A stretch of DNA of 64,000 bases from Octopus sinensis. Its lineage: Eukaryota. Location of the stretch: contig NC_042999.1 of assembly GCF_006345805.1 (NCBI RefSeq), forward strand, positions 83,700,001-83,764,000. Reading direction: 5' to 3'. The notes below the pieces were generated by a model, which saw nothing but the letters and a program-made list of their open reading frames with translations, was not told the origin of the DNA and made no database searches. The position numbers and the translations under genes are program-made. This document shows, piece by piece, positions 52,350 through 64,000 of this stretch. Every line of letters begins with the position of its first letter. The first letter of the stretch is position 1.

Positions 52350-52620
52350 TGAACGCGCGTAACTGCGTGGATAGCATGTTGCATTCACGATCTCTACATC
52401 GTGGGTTCGATTCCCAGACCGAGCAGCGCGTTGTGATCTTCAAGCAAAGTACTCCATTTCCCGTCGTTCCAGTTCCCCTTTCGTTCAGTGGGGAATGTTG
52501 GCCTGTTCAACTATCCAGCGGAGTCGTGTCATTCGATGGCTAAAATGATGCAAAGCGCATTGTGACCAGCGGTGTATAACAACATCTGATATTCTGGTCG
52601 GTTACTTGATCACATACAAG
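52350..52620 (+). mobile_element. tRNA-derived SINE
   Basis: gtgggttcgattcccagacc B box and SINE-type body. Confidence 0.65.
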
Positions 52621-52639
52621 TGACCTGTAGATATTCTAT

Positions 52640-53400
52640 CAATCTAAGGGGCCTTTTCGTTGTGTGTTTTTTCTTCTGCCCAAATTTTATTCCAAAATCC
52701 TTGCACTTCTTTTGATGGGTCAGATTTTACAGTAACTGGTGTTTTCCCTATCTTCCTATAAATTTTGGGGGTTATTTTTGAATATGTTGTTGTCCTTGAA
52801 GAATCTAACACGCTTTCCATACCTCGCTATGCGGTCAGCTTTAGCACATACCTTTTGCTTGATGGTTTCTATGGTGGCATCAATGTCAAGTATGGTTTTC
52901 ATATAATATTTTTTTCTTTAATTTTAGGGTTTTTGTAGGTTTGGTAGTCTTGTCAAAGTTAAGGTTTTTCAAACATTCTATGTCAGACCTAAGTAGCTTA
53001 ATTTGGTGTTGGATACGCTCTTGCCAAGAAGGCTTTTTGTGGGAATGTTGCCGTTTTCTAATCTTCTCACCACATAGAATCGTTGAGATTTTCGTCGATG
53101 CATAGTACAGGTAATTGAGATCTGTGCTATCAACATCATTAGCTGAAATTATATCCTTAAGTGCAAGGCGGATTTTACCAATTATTTTCAGGTTATGGTT
53201 AGAATTGCGGACTTTTGGGAGAGTATTGCGTTCATCCATACTGGTTTCTTTAATTTTCAGTCATTCAATCATAATTTGATTTTTTAGATCATGTAGTTCT
53301 GTCGGGTCAATATTTGTGAGTCTTCATCTATTTTTTTTGTAGTATTTTCGTTAAAAGGCCTCTTCCTTCAAGTCTTTCATAGGTTCCTTTATCTAATTCC
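52640..53400 (-). mobile_element. R4/Dong-like ORF N-terminal fragment joined to (TAA)n
   Basis: RNTLPKVR...LNYLYYAS...KKPSWQERIQHQIKLLRSDI, then TIKQKVCAKADRIARYGKRVRFFKDNNIF; (TTA)n at 53410-53495. Confidence 0.72.
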
Positions 53401-53446
53401 ATCGATGTAGTTGTTGTTGTTATTATAATTATTATTATTATTATTA

Positions 53447-53495
<49 letters not shown>

Positions 53496-53619
53496 GTTTC
53501 ATTACTATTATATTAGTGTTTTTCTGTATTTTGAAAATACATTTTATTTCCATTGTTGAACTCAGATACTGATAACAGAGAGGTTTATCTTTGGGCAAGT
53601 AACTTCTGCTATCATCTCG

Positions 53620-53676
53620 GGTTGATCAAAGTTTTGTGAGTGGATTTGATACATGGAAACTGAAAGAAGCCCGTCG

Positions 53677-53722
<46 letters not shown>

Positions 53723-53940
53723 AAGATATATATGTTTGTGAGCTTGTATTTGTCTTCCATCCCACCATCGCTTGACAACCGAAGCTGGTGTGTTTACGTC
53801 CCCGTAGCTTAGCGGTTCGGCCAAAAACCGATAGAACAAGTAGTAGGGTCACAAAGAATAAGTGGATTTCTTCGACTAAAGGCGGTGCTCCAGCATGACC
53901 GCAGTCAAATTACTGAAACAAGTAAAAGGATAAAAGGATA
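53620..53940 (+). mobile_element. 5'-truncated family A SINE
   Basis: Matches 4060-4340. Confidence 0.85.
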
Positions 53941-53995
53941 CACATATACATACGCACACACGCATATATATCCTTCACATATAATTATTGTGTAT

Positions 53996-54104
53996 AGATA
54001 GAGAGATAGATAGATGGATGGATAGATAGATATATATATATATATATATATATATAGATGGATAGATAGATAGATATATAGATAGATAGATAGATAGATA
54101 GATG

Positions 54105-54155
<51 letters not shown>

Positions 54156-54180
54156 GGATAGATAGATAAATGGATAGATA
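53996..54180. repeat. (GATA)n tract at the 3' flank of the Tx1-like element
   Basis: Direct reading; the tract resumes at 56211. Confidence 0.95.
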
Positions 54181-56211
54181 TGTTTCTTTATTAGCCACAC
54201 AGGGCTGCACACAGATAGAACAAATTACAAGGTAGAGCTTTTCTTTTGAAGGTTTAAAAAAAAAAAAGGAAAGGGGGGGAGTTTCGATCAAAAGGAATCG
54301 TAAAAGGAGAGAAAGAGGACAAAAAAGGGGGGTTAAAAAAAAGGGGGGAGAGGAAAAAAAAATTGATCAATAGGGATCGTTATCACAGAAATGTCAATAT
54401 GAAGTGTAAAGGGGAGGACAGGTGAGGTTTACCCGTGGAAAGAAAAGCCTACGGAAAAGACCACGGTAACCTCGGTCAATGAAGTCACATTTTATATTTC
54501 TTTTTTTTTTTTTTTTTTTTTTGCAAATAAGCAAATCTCTGTTTTCAATTTCTGGGTTCATAGGATTATGCTCAAGGTGGCTTCGTCATTCATACGTGCC
54601 ATTCTTGCTACATTCACCCATCTTTTTTTAAAACATTCGCTAGACAAAACTTGCCTCTCTACTCTCACTTTCCTTTTCAAGTGGTACTTGAAGAAGTTGA
54701 TGAGAGATTGACCAGAGAAGAAAGTGTTTGTCTCCAATCCTTTCAGACGCGTCCACCAGATACATTCTTTCGCCATAGCCACAAGGATGATGAAAATAGC
54801 TCTTCCTTCCCGTTTGAAGGAAGGAGGCGTGACATATTGACGATAGACTCAGCTGATAAACCGACTCGTCCCACACGTGACAGCAGTTGTTCGACATAAG
54901 CCCACAGGTCGGAAATTGTTGGACACTGAACGAGTGCGTGCAGAACGGTTTCGTCGCTCTGACCGCATCTCGGGAAGGTCGGCCCCGTGTTTCTCGAGCC
55001 GTGTCTGTAGAGCTTATCCCGAACGGGTAGCGCTTCTCGGTAGCACTGCCAGGCCAGGGATCTCTGGAAGTTGTCCATGGGCCCTGGCCCGAAAGTCGTC
55101 CTGAACAGGCGGGTCAGGTACTCCTCGTCGACGTCCAGGTTCGCCCCGAGCTCGTCGTCGTACCTCCCCTCCACTAAACCCCTATAGAATGCTTTGGTTG
55201 TGTTGAAGTCACTTAAGGTCGACCCAGGACGGCAGAGTTGCTTGAGAGCAACGCGACACTCGCGGTGCCATTCGCCCTTCCTCGGCCTCTTTTTGATCCA
55301 CGACTGCAGTTCGGTCATGGAGACGAGCTGCGGGAAAGCGTGCCTCACAAACGGCGACCACACCTGTTCACCGTCGTCTACATAGAGCCAGAGATGTCGC
55401 AGTCTCAGCGCGTATCTGCGCATCATCAACCACGGCATGCCCAGCCCTCCTTTTAACGGGTGTTGACAGCAAATGGATCGCCTGACCATCGGGACGCATC
55501 CTTTCCACAAGAAGCGAAAGAGAATGCGTTGTAGTTTGGTGATGGTAGGGTCGGGACAAGGTACGACGGTCAGGCGGTAGTAGATGACGGACGCGATGTA
55601 CGTGTTCGCCACCTCCGCTCGACCTTTTAGGGACAGTTTCCTCTCGGCCCATTGCCGAGCGAGAGTGACCACCCTACTCGTTATCTCGTTCCAGTTCTTC
55701 TCCACTTGGAGGTCCGGACCAAACCAGACCCCGAGCAACTCAACCGGGCCGTCGGTCCAGCGTCCCACGACGGAGGCGCTGGTGGACGGCATGGGCTTGC
55801 TTCTCCAAGTGCCTAGTCGCAAGCCCACTGACTTTTCCCGGTTGATTTTCGCTCCTGTCACCGCTTCGTAGTTTTTCAGTGTCTCGCCGACCAGCTCGAT
55901 GTGCTCGTGGCTAGACACTATGACGGTGACGTCGTCCGCGTATGCAGACACGCTCGTCCCGCATCCCAATTCTCGCGGGATGCCCCTTAGAGTCGCCAGC
56001 TTCCGCAGTAGTGGCTCAAGAGTCAATATGTATAGAAGCGCCGAGAGGGGGCATCCCTGACGGACCGAACGTGCAATGTCGAAAGGTCTCGATAGATGTC
56101 CATTTACGCGAATTACCGAACGGATGCCTCTGTACAAGGCAGCTATCCAGCCGCGGAAGACGGGACCGAAACCAGCCGCTCTCAGGACTGCCTCCAAGTA
56201 TCGATGGTCTA
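54181..56211 (-). mobile_element. 5'-truncated, GC-rich Tx1/L1-clade LINE inserted in a (GATA)n tract
   Basis: Begins at DHRYLEAVLRAAGFG. One frameshift near 54800, ORF end ...LSIIL* at 54558, 3' UTR with AATAAA at 54192-54187. Confidence 0.92.
54743..56197 (-). CDS. Tx1/L1-type ORF2 fragment (RT motifs 4-7 and C-terminal zinc knuckle)
   Basis: SVRQGCPLSALLY, AYADDVTV, GAKINREKS, LLGVWF, LSLKGRAEVAN, GGLGMP, FPRCGQSDETVLHALVQCP. Confidence 0.9.
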   Translation of the reverse strand: MEAVLRAAGFGPVFRGWIAALYRGIRSVIRVNGHLSRPFDIARSVRQGCPLSALLYILTLEPLLRKLATLRGIPRELGCGTSVSAYADDVTVIVSSHEHIELVGETLKNYEAVTGAKINREKSVGLRLGTWRSKPMPSTSASVVGRWTDGPVELLGVWFGPDLQVEKNWNEITSRVVTLARQWAERKLSLKGRAEVANTYIASVIYYRLTVVPCPDPTITKLQRILFRFLWKGCVPMVRRSICCQHPLKGGLGMPWLMMRRYALRLRHLWLYVDDGEQVWSPFVRHAFPQLVSMTELQSWIKKRPRKGEWHRECRVALKQLCRPGSTLSDFNTTKAFYRGLVEGRYDDELGANLDVDEEYLTRLFRTTFGPGPMDNFQRSLAWQCYREALPVRDKLYRHGSRNTGPTFPRCGQSDETVLHALVQCPTISDLWAYVEQLLSRVGRVGLSAESIVNMSRLLPSNGKEELFSSSLWLWRKNVSGGRV

Positions 56212-56416
56212 TAGATAGATAAATGGATGGATAGATAGGTAGATTGATAGATTGACAGACAGGCAGAAAAACAGAAAGACAGGCAGATATATATATAGAG
56301 AGAGATAGATATATAGATAGACAGATAAATAGATATAGATACCGCTGTTATTTTCAAGTATAATTCATTCAGCTCATCCTTACACTATTGGTCACATACG
56401 CATGCAGGCCGTATAT

Positions 56417-56468
<52 letters not shown>

Positions 56469-56645
56469 GTATACATATATATATATGTATATATACATAC
56501 ATATACATATATATGTATACATATATATATATATATGTAAAGGATATATATGTGTGTGTGCGTATGTATGAGTGTATCTTTTTATTCTTTTACTTGTTTC
56601 AGTAATTTGACTGCGGTCATGCTGGAGCACCGCCTTTAGTCGAAG

Positions 56646-56679
<34 letters not shown>

Positions 56680-56828
56680 TCAAAATAAGCAACATGACTC
56701 CGGTAGTCATTCTTGTTGCTTATTTTGATTATAATCACCCCACGGATTTTTATGGATAACACCATACAACATTCTGGTGCATCTAAATTAAGTACCATAT
56801 TCATTTGAATCTAAATTTTTGCTGAACT

Positions 56829-56893
<65 letters not shown>

Positions 56894-57485
56894 TATATAT
56901 GTGTGTGGTGTGTGTGGTGTATATATATATATATATATATACATATATACATACATACATACAAACATACATATACGTGTGTGTGTGTGTGTGTTTGTGT
57001 CTCTATCTGTGCATGCATGTATGCATACCTGCATATATATGGACAGGGAGACAGACAGACAGAGACGGAGAATGAAAGTGAGATAGACAAGGACAGACAG
57101 CGAAACATAGAGGAAGAAAGAAGTAATGAGGGACAGAGCGAGAGAAAGGGGGGAAAAGAGAATAAAAGACGATCTATTGACAGTGGCTCGAATGTTCGAT
57201 GTCCTATCTCATCGATTATCTGTATCTGTGATTTTATAATGTGGAACAGTGATGTGGACGTTGTCACGAATGCCCTGTGGATGTTCATGGTCCTACGCAC
57301 ATGCCTCCACATTGCATGCAGCCTGTAATCTGAAGACACTCAGCATCTATTGTAAATGTAGTTTCAGAAACGAATGAATGATACTGGTCTGAGGCGAAAC
57401 TAAAGCGATCCGATAACCTTTCACCGAGAGCGAAAGGAAATGAGGTAGCAGTAAAAATGAACAGCAAAATAAACACACTCGTGCG

Positions 57486-57548
<63 letters not shown>

Positions 57549-57709
57549 ACACGCATACACACACACACATACACACACACACAAAAGCCGTAGAAGAGTT
57601 TATCCACATGATAGAAATATGATACAAATAACCTTAGTAAATCCCCACCTGTCTTTATTAATGGTTAAGAATGGTGACAAAGCCATCCATTCTCTAGGAG
57701 GGGTATAGT

Positions 57710-58030
57710 TGATGCCACCCACTCCACTATTTTACTGTTACTTTATTTTATCGCCTTCAGAAGGATGAAAGTCAAAGCTGACCTCATGGATTTGAACCCA
57801 GAATGTAAAGAGAACTGGAATAAATAATTGTATCTACTCCACGCACAAGGTCAGCAAATTTGAGATAAACTGGTTAGTCGATATCATGGACTACTGTATT
57901 TGATTGGTACTTGATTTTGTCGATCTTAGAATGATGAAAGGCAGAATTGACACCAGTGGAATTTGAACTGATAATGTAAAGTCGGAATAAATACTGCAAG
58001 ACATTTTTTTCCCGATGCTCTAACGATTCA
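57710..58030 (-). mobile_element. Two degenerate family B SINE copies
   Basis: gaaggatgaaagtcaaagctgacctc and gatgaaaggcagaattgacacc motifs. Confidence 0.65.
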
Positions 58031-59078
58031 GCCAGGAAACAAGACAACCAGAAAGCCTCTTCGTGGTCAATAGGGTTGAAAAAAGCAGCCAAATGTTCTT
58101 TCGAACCATATCTCTATCGTCTTAATCATAACACGTTTAATGAGGGATTGGTACTAGACACACTTTAAAAAAGTTGGAATGGTCACCAATGACATTTACG
58201 TGACCTTTATTTATCTGATCAAAGTCGGCTTCAACGTAATAATCACTACGATACCAAAGCTATGATTTTGACGTAATACCCTGTAGCATCAAGACTATAT
58301 TTCCATTATATGATATACAGGAGCGGGCTATTATTGAAAGAAGAAAATGAAAATCGTAAAGTTAAGTAGGAAGTAATAACCAACCTCCTTCTCTCTCTTA
58401 CGCTCATACACGTTTCTATATGCATACGAAGAAACACAGAGAAAGAAAGGAAATAACAAGAAGAAAGAGAAGGTAAGAAGAAACGAAAAGAGAAAAAATG
58501 CCCTAACCAGGCAAAAGCACCGTAGGCAATTGTCTTCCTTAATAATTTGATAAGGAAATATCGATTTATTAGGAAATCTCGGTTGATAAGAATTGTAGTC
58601 ATTACTTTGATGCTATGGAAACGGAAGAGCTTAGCGACTGAGACGAATAGACAATAATATAGTTAAGTTTTGAAAGGTATGACAACTATATGACCAATCA
58701 AACAGTCAGTCAAGCTCAAGATCCCAGCACAGCAACCAACAAGCAAAAACATTCATCCATCAAAACTAAACGGTAAAATACTAGACAGCCAGCCAGCAAG
58801 CCAGCCAGCCAGCCAGCTAACCAGTCAGCAGGATTACTAGTTAGCCTGGCAGCCAAACGAACCAAACAGATCTCAATCCCAATAGCAAGATTGTTAAGTC
58901 AGTTCTTATCAGCAATGGCCTGAGAGGAAGAAGTGGTATATGTACATATATACATACTTACATAGGTATGCGTGCGCGCACACACATGCACACACGCACA
59001 CAGACACATACACACAGACACATATTCACACGTGCTTATGTAAACTTTCAAATATCTAAACATATATATAAACAAATA

Positions 59079-59109
<31 letters not shown>

Positions 59110-59160
59110 TTATATCTATAAACATATACATACATAAAGATATATACATGTGTATGTATG

Positions 59161-59192
<32 letters not shown>

Positions 59193-59879
59193 TGTATGTA
59201 TGTATGTATGTATGTATGTATGTATGTATGTATGTACGTATATAGAGGTTTAGGGCAGTGTTCAAATCTAGTAATAAAGAGAAAGCATTATCGTAGCTCT
59301 ATTTGCCTAATTTGCTATCGGATATCATAGTGTTTATATCCATGAAATATAAATCATGATACATGATACATGAATACGTTTGTGCATGCTCCCGATGGCA
59401 AATTTATCGAGGGCAAAATCTATCGGATTCTTGATATTAAAGCACATTCTTTTGTTTGTTTGTTTTTTTGTTAGGTATAGCCGTATTTTTCTCAACCGAC
59501 ATAAATTTCAGTTACAGTTGCTTTGTTAAAAAATATGAGTAGTTTGGATATTATATATCCTAGGTGTTTTCGTCCTCTTCATGCCATCGTTCGAAGGAAT
59601 TTTCTTGGCCATTTTGCAGTATGGTACAGTTTTGATTAAATTCACTGAATCCACTGAAATATATCGTCTTAGTTTCGCAACATGTGATTGATGACCACGG
59701 TTTCATGTTTTGGTATGGTTTCTGCAACAATAAGACAAGTATTTACGAGGCCTGTGATTATGACAAAAATTAATAGGATAGCATTTATTATAAGAATTGA
59801 TATGCTGTTGCATCTCAGTTTTTCGTGGTGTGACTATGAATAATTTGAATGTATGAGCAAATTTTTCTGCAACTCATTT

Positions 59880-60411
59880 CATTCACAGTTTCTAGCTCAA
59901 AATTCCTTGTCAGGAGCTTCAGGGCACACCAGTCAGAACAATTTCGTCAATTCTTCGGTGACGATCCTCCAAGATCAGATAAATTTTTGTGATGTCATCA
60001 TTTGTTCAGGAGGTCTACGGTCGTCCTAAACGAGGTTGGTCCTCAAGCTATAAGTGACCATTCCTTAAGCGTAGAAACCACTCGTAAACTTGTGTTTTGC
60101 TCACGGCAGTTGCCTTGTAAGCAGTTTGAAGCATGACAACCGTTTCGGCCACCGTTTTCCCCATCAGAAAACACAATTTCACAGAAGCACACTGTTCCTT
60201 CGTTTCAGCAATCGCTAAAATCGACAAATATGGGAGAAGCACTGCAAAGCAAAAAGGCACAACGTGACAATACAACCTCTCTGGATGCCGCTGGTCGGTA
60301 TACTGATGCCTGAGGGTCGCATTAAATGGCGTCTAGCGGCAGAAGCCTGAACTACAATGGGTTTGATCCACAGAGAAGGTTTCCAGTTACTTTGGGGTAC
60401 CCTCTCGTAAG
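59880..60411 (-). mobile_element. Mariner 5' end with TIR and N-terminal transposase
   Basis: Minus-strand TIR tacgagagggtaccccaaagt; EQCASVKLCFLMGKTVAETVVMLQTAY...TQVYEWF...EDQPRLGRP. Confidence 0.82.
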
Positions 60412-60412
60412 C

Positions 60413-60464
<52 letters not shown>

Positions 60465-60673
60465 ATATGTGACCGTGTGTATATCGTTGGCGATTTTATT
60501 TCCCTGTCTTCCTTTCCATAGACTTTTACTTTTTTCTATATTTCTGATAAAGAGCTATGCTCAAAAGGTTAAATCTCCCTTCTTTCTTTCCTTTCCTGAG
60601 CGTCCAATAACACTATACTTGTTCCACTTCCTTGCGTTGTTGTGTTTTCTCTTTGTTCATGCTTCGATTAACT

Positions 60674-60768
<95 letters not shown>

Positions 60769-61816
60769 TGCCCCAGCATGGCCACAGCTCGTGAGCTGAA
60801 ACTAGATAAAATGAAAAAAAAATGAATATATATATATATATATATATATTCTTGAAAACATTTATATTTGCGTAGTAGATTGAATATACATTTTGCTACT
60901 TTCTGAACACACATATATATATATATCAATGTACAACATGATCTGTTGAATTTCTGAAGAATAGTGTGAACATGTTGCTCATGCACTACTAAGCAATATT
61001 AATGACATAGTTAACAGGGGAAAATTGCAACAGGGAATCGAAGTGAACAACAGAAACACAGGACAGTTATACTTAACATGCACACATACATCTATACACA
61101 TCCGTATGTTTACATAAGATGCTAGATATAAATGTAAACAAGCGTCAACGAAATGTAGAAAATCATCGATCAATTTTAAGAGTAAACTATTCATTAATTT
61201 CAAACTGCGCTTTGTTTCTGCAGAAATCATGGAGAAATTTTGTTTTCGGTAAGATCATAAACATTGCCTCGGAATTGATCCTTGGGTAATCTGCATTAAA
61301 TATACCTATTTTACATAATTAGTGAAATGGCGACATTTCTAGAAAAATAACTATCCTGTAAGGAAAGAAAAAGAAACGAATTTCTCTTATATATATCTCA
61401 TTTAATTCTATTTATTACTGTGATAATAAATTTCATGTTTACCAAAATTAATGAGTGATTCCTGAATTTAAGACAGCACTTTCACCTTTGTCACTCTGTA
61501 GTAAGTATAATATTGTTTCGGAATCTGCGAAACGTTTTTCCATTTCTTTTTCTTTAATTAACTTTTGTCTAAAGTGTTGCATTAATGAGAAGTAGTGCCA
61601 AAATTATTATTGGTTTAAAAATACTATCTTCTTTTACTGAAAGTCATTAGTGCTACCGCATTATAAATATTGATATTATTAATTAATTGAATAGATTTCA
61701 TTGATGTATTCAAAGATGGACTGCTCCCCGTTGAAAGGCAATAATACAACAATGAACAAAAGAAACAGTTTGATGTAAACCATCTGAAAACATCTGATGT
61801 AATCAAACCCTTCCAG

Positions 61817-61902
<86 letters not shown>

Positions 61903-61904
<2 letters not shown>

Positions 61905-62448
61905 GCCCTGATGCGGTACTCGACACTGGCTCTCATGGCTTCTGATCTCAACAGATTGGAAGTATTATCATGTATATTTTTTGTCTTGGTATAAAATTTG
62001 GGCTACAGCAAGTATTCTGTTCAATACCACAGATTTACTTGTCAGTTGCTTGATCTTAACCACTTAAGCATGTCACTTTAGTGGCTGACGATATGTGCAG
62101 GGCAGAAGTAGTGGGCGAGCATCATAGCCATGTGTTGAGAACAGTTCTTTGGGATTTGAATAATTCACCTCTGGAGAGATGGGTGTTTCATTCAACATCC
62201 TTAAACAAGCCTTATTTACGGACCTTTTGAGTGAGTTAGGCTACTCGACCTCAAAAAAATTTTAATTGGGCCCCACCTGCAAGGTCATGCAGTATTTACC
62301 ATGATATGAAATTTACATGTAGCGCACATATGGTTATGATACATGTGCGTGGTGTACTCTTATCAGACGGGTAGTCATGATGGGTATATTAGGCTTCGTA
62401 TATTTGCACCCCAATGTCACTTTGATGGCATAAACTGCTATTTCACTC
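61903..62448 (+). mobile_element. Second full copy of the ~556-bp (AAT)n-flanked element
   Basis: Same start (atgccctgatgc) and end (cactc) as 8830-9385. Confidence 0.85.
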
Positions 62449-62469
62449 AATAATAAAAATGAAATAATA

Positions 62470-62945
62470 ATAATTCAAAATTTGGCAAAAGGTTAGCAGT
62501 TTAGGGGTGGGGTTAAGTCGATTATATCAACCCCAGTGTTCAACTGGTAGTTATTTTATCGGCCCATAAAAGATAAAAGACAAAGCGACATCAGCGGAAT
62601 ATGAACTCAGAACGTAAAGACGAACGAAATGCCGTTAAGCCTTTCGCTCGGTATGCTAGTGATTCTGCCAGCTCGCTGCCTCAGTAATAATAACAACAAC
62701 AGCAACAACAGCAATAATAACATTAATAATAATAATCCTTTCTACTATAGGTACAAGACTTTGATGTTTGTGGGTAGGGAGACAATCGATCACATCGACC
62801 CCAGTATTTGACTGGTACTTAATTTATCGACCCACGAAAGAATGAATGACAAAGTCGACCTCGGCAGAATTTGAACTCAGATCCTAGTTACAAACGGAAT
62901 ACTGCTAAGCATTTCACCGGCCGTGCTAACGATTCTGTCAGTTCA
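62470..62945 (-). mobile_element. Two family B SINE copies separated by an (AAC)/(AAT) tract
   Basis: Reverse-complement bodies at 62470-62680 and 62730-62945. Confidence 0.8.
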
Positions 62946-62960
62946 CCAACTTCTTAATAA

Positions 62961-63308
62961 CGAGCAGAAGTAGTGAGGGAGCATCATAGTCGTGTGTTGA
63001 AAGGAATTCTTAGAGATTTGGATAATTCACCTTTGTCAACATGGGTGGTTCGTTCAACATCCTTAAACAATCCTTATTCAGGGACCTTCTGAGCGGGATG
63101 GGCTACTCGACTAGAAGAAAATTCTAACTGGGCCCACCTGCAAGGTCATGCACTGTTTATCTTGACATGAGATCACCATGTCACGTGCATTTGGTTGTGA
63201 TGCATGTGCCTGGTGTAACCTTATCAGACGGGTAGACATGATGGGTATACTGGGCTTCGTATATTTTACCCCAGTGTCACCTTGATGGCATGCACTGCTC
63301 TCTCACTC
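62961..63308 (+). mobile_element. Left-truncated third copy of the ~556-bp element
   Basis: Aligns to about 9040-9385; right end intact and followed by (AAT)n. Confidence 0.85.
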
Positions 63309-63323
63309 AATAAAATATTAATG

Positions 63324-63381
<58 letters not shown>

Positions 63382-63420
63382 TAATAATAATCGTAATAAT
63401 AATAATTATAATAATGATAG

Positions 63421-63830
63421 CAAAAGGGGCTGATTGCTACCTAACTCAGATACCAGGAAACCCCAAAATGGCAGAAATTCAAAAGATAGTGCTCATGGGA
63501 ACTGCTTATATCCTACGCAAAATACTTTCTACAACAAACATTTAAAACAAACTTTAAAACAAACATTTTTTTTTTTTCATCTTTAATTTTTTAATTTTTT
63601 TTTAGACATCCACTAGTAGAACACAAAAACCAACCAAATATATGGCACACTAGGCATAACAACAACGTGAACTTCCAACCTGTTGTCTCTTGAGGTCTCC
63701 GGGTGAGACTTGGAGCCAACTTGTACAAATATAAAGCAAAAGTCAAACATTCGCTGTCGGTACGGTAGCACAGAAATGCCCGCCAATTGCTTGACTCTCG
63801 GGATATACTGAATGTCGGGTATTATTACTT
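63421..63830 (+). mobile_element. 3' end of an R4/Dong-like element after (AAT)n
   Basis: YLTQIPGNPKMAEIQKIVLMGTAYILRKILST plus putative 3' UTR. Confidence 0.75.
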
Positions 63831-64000
63831 TCAGCACCCCTTCTACGTCTAACTGATTAACTGTCTCCGGCTATTTTGTGTTTTTTGAAATACAATTATA
63901 TATTACAGTTTTTGTGTATTTATGCCATCATCTCGAGCTGGGGGGATGTCTATGGCATCCCATAATATTTCAAGCTTGACTAGTTTGGCCGCTTGGGCCA

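Noticed and set aside
61224-61248. 25-nt microexon with good ctgcag and gtaaga sites
   Set aside because: Such site pairs are expected by chance in 64 kb; cannot be supported without transcripts

Overview
Eukaryotic, AT-rich and microsatellite-saturated non-genic or intronic DNA. It is most likely from an octopus genome, an inference from the abundant tRNA-derived SINE families and the composition, not from a database search. No host gene can be called with confidence; only a few isolated exon-like segments appear. The window is dominated by transposon debris: at least eight fragments of R4/Dong-type non-LTR elements with restriction-like endonuclease remnants, most abutting (AAT)n tracts; a well-preserved RTE-type LINE RT (5229-6815, minus); a young 5'-truncated Tx1/L1-type LINE embedded in a (GATA)n tract (54181-56211, minus); Penelope-like RT remnants; two mariner, one Tc1 and one maT-like transposase relics; and more than 20 SINE copies. 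The most unusual observations are: (1) a composite tRNA-head + microsatellite + Penelope-type tail unit with an intact minimal hammerhead-ribozyme core and inverted terminal arms (4738-5224), plus further hammerhead-like motifs; (2) a ~556-bp non-coding repeat present three times, always bounded by TAA-type sequence and twice beside Dong 3' ends, a candidate non-autonomous partner; (3) a Tx1 element apparently targeting GATA repeats; (4) a perfect 80-bp inverted repeat at 50593-50947. Most ORFs in the supplied track are translations of simple repeats.
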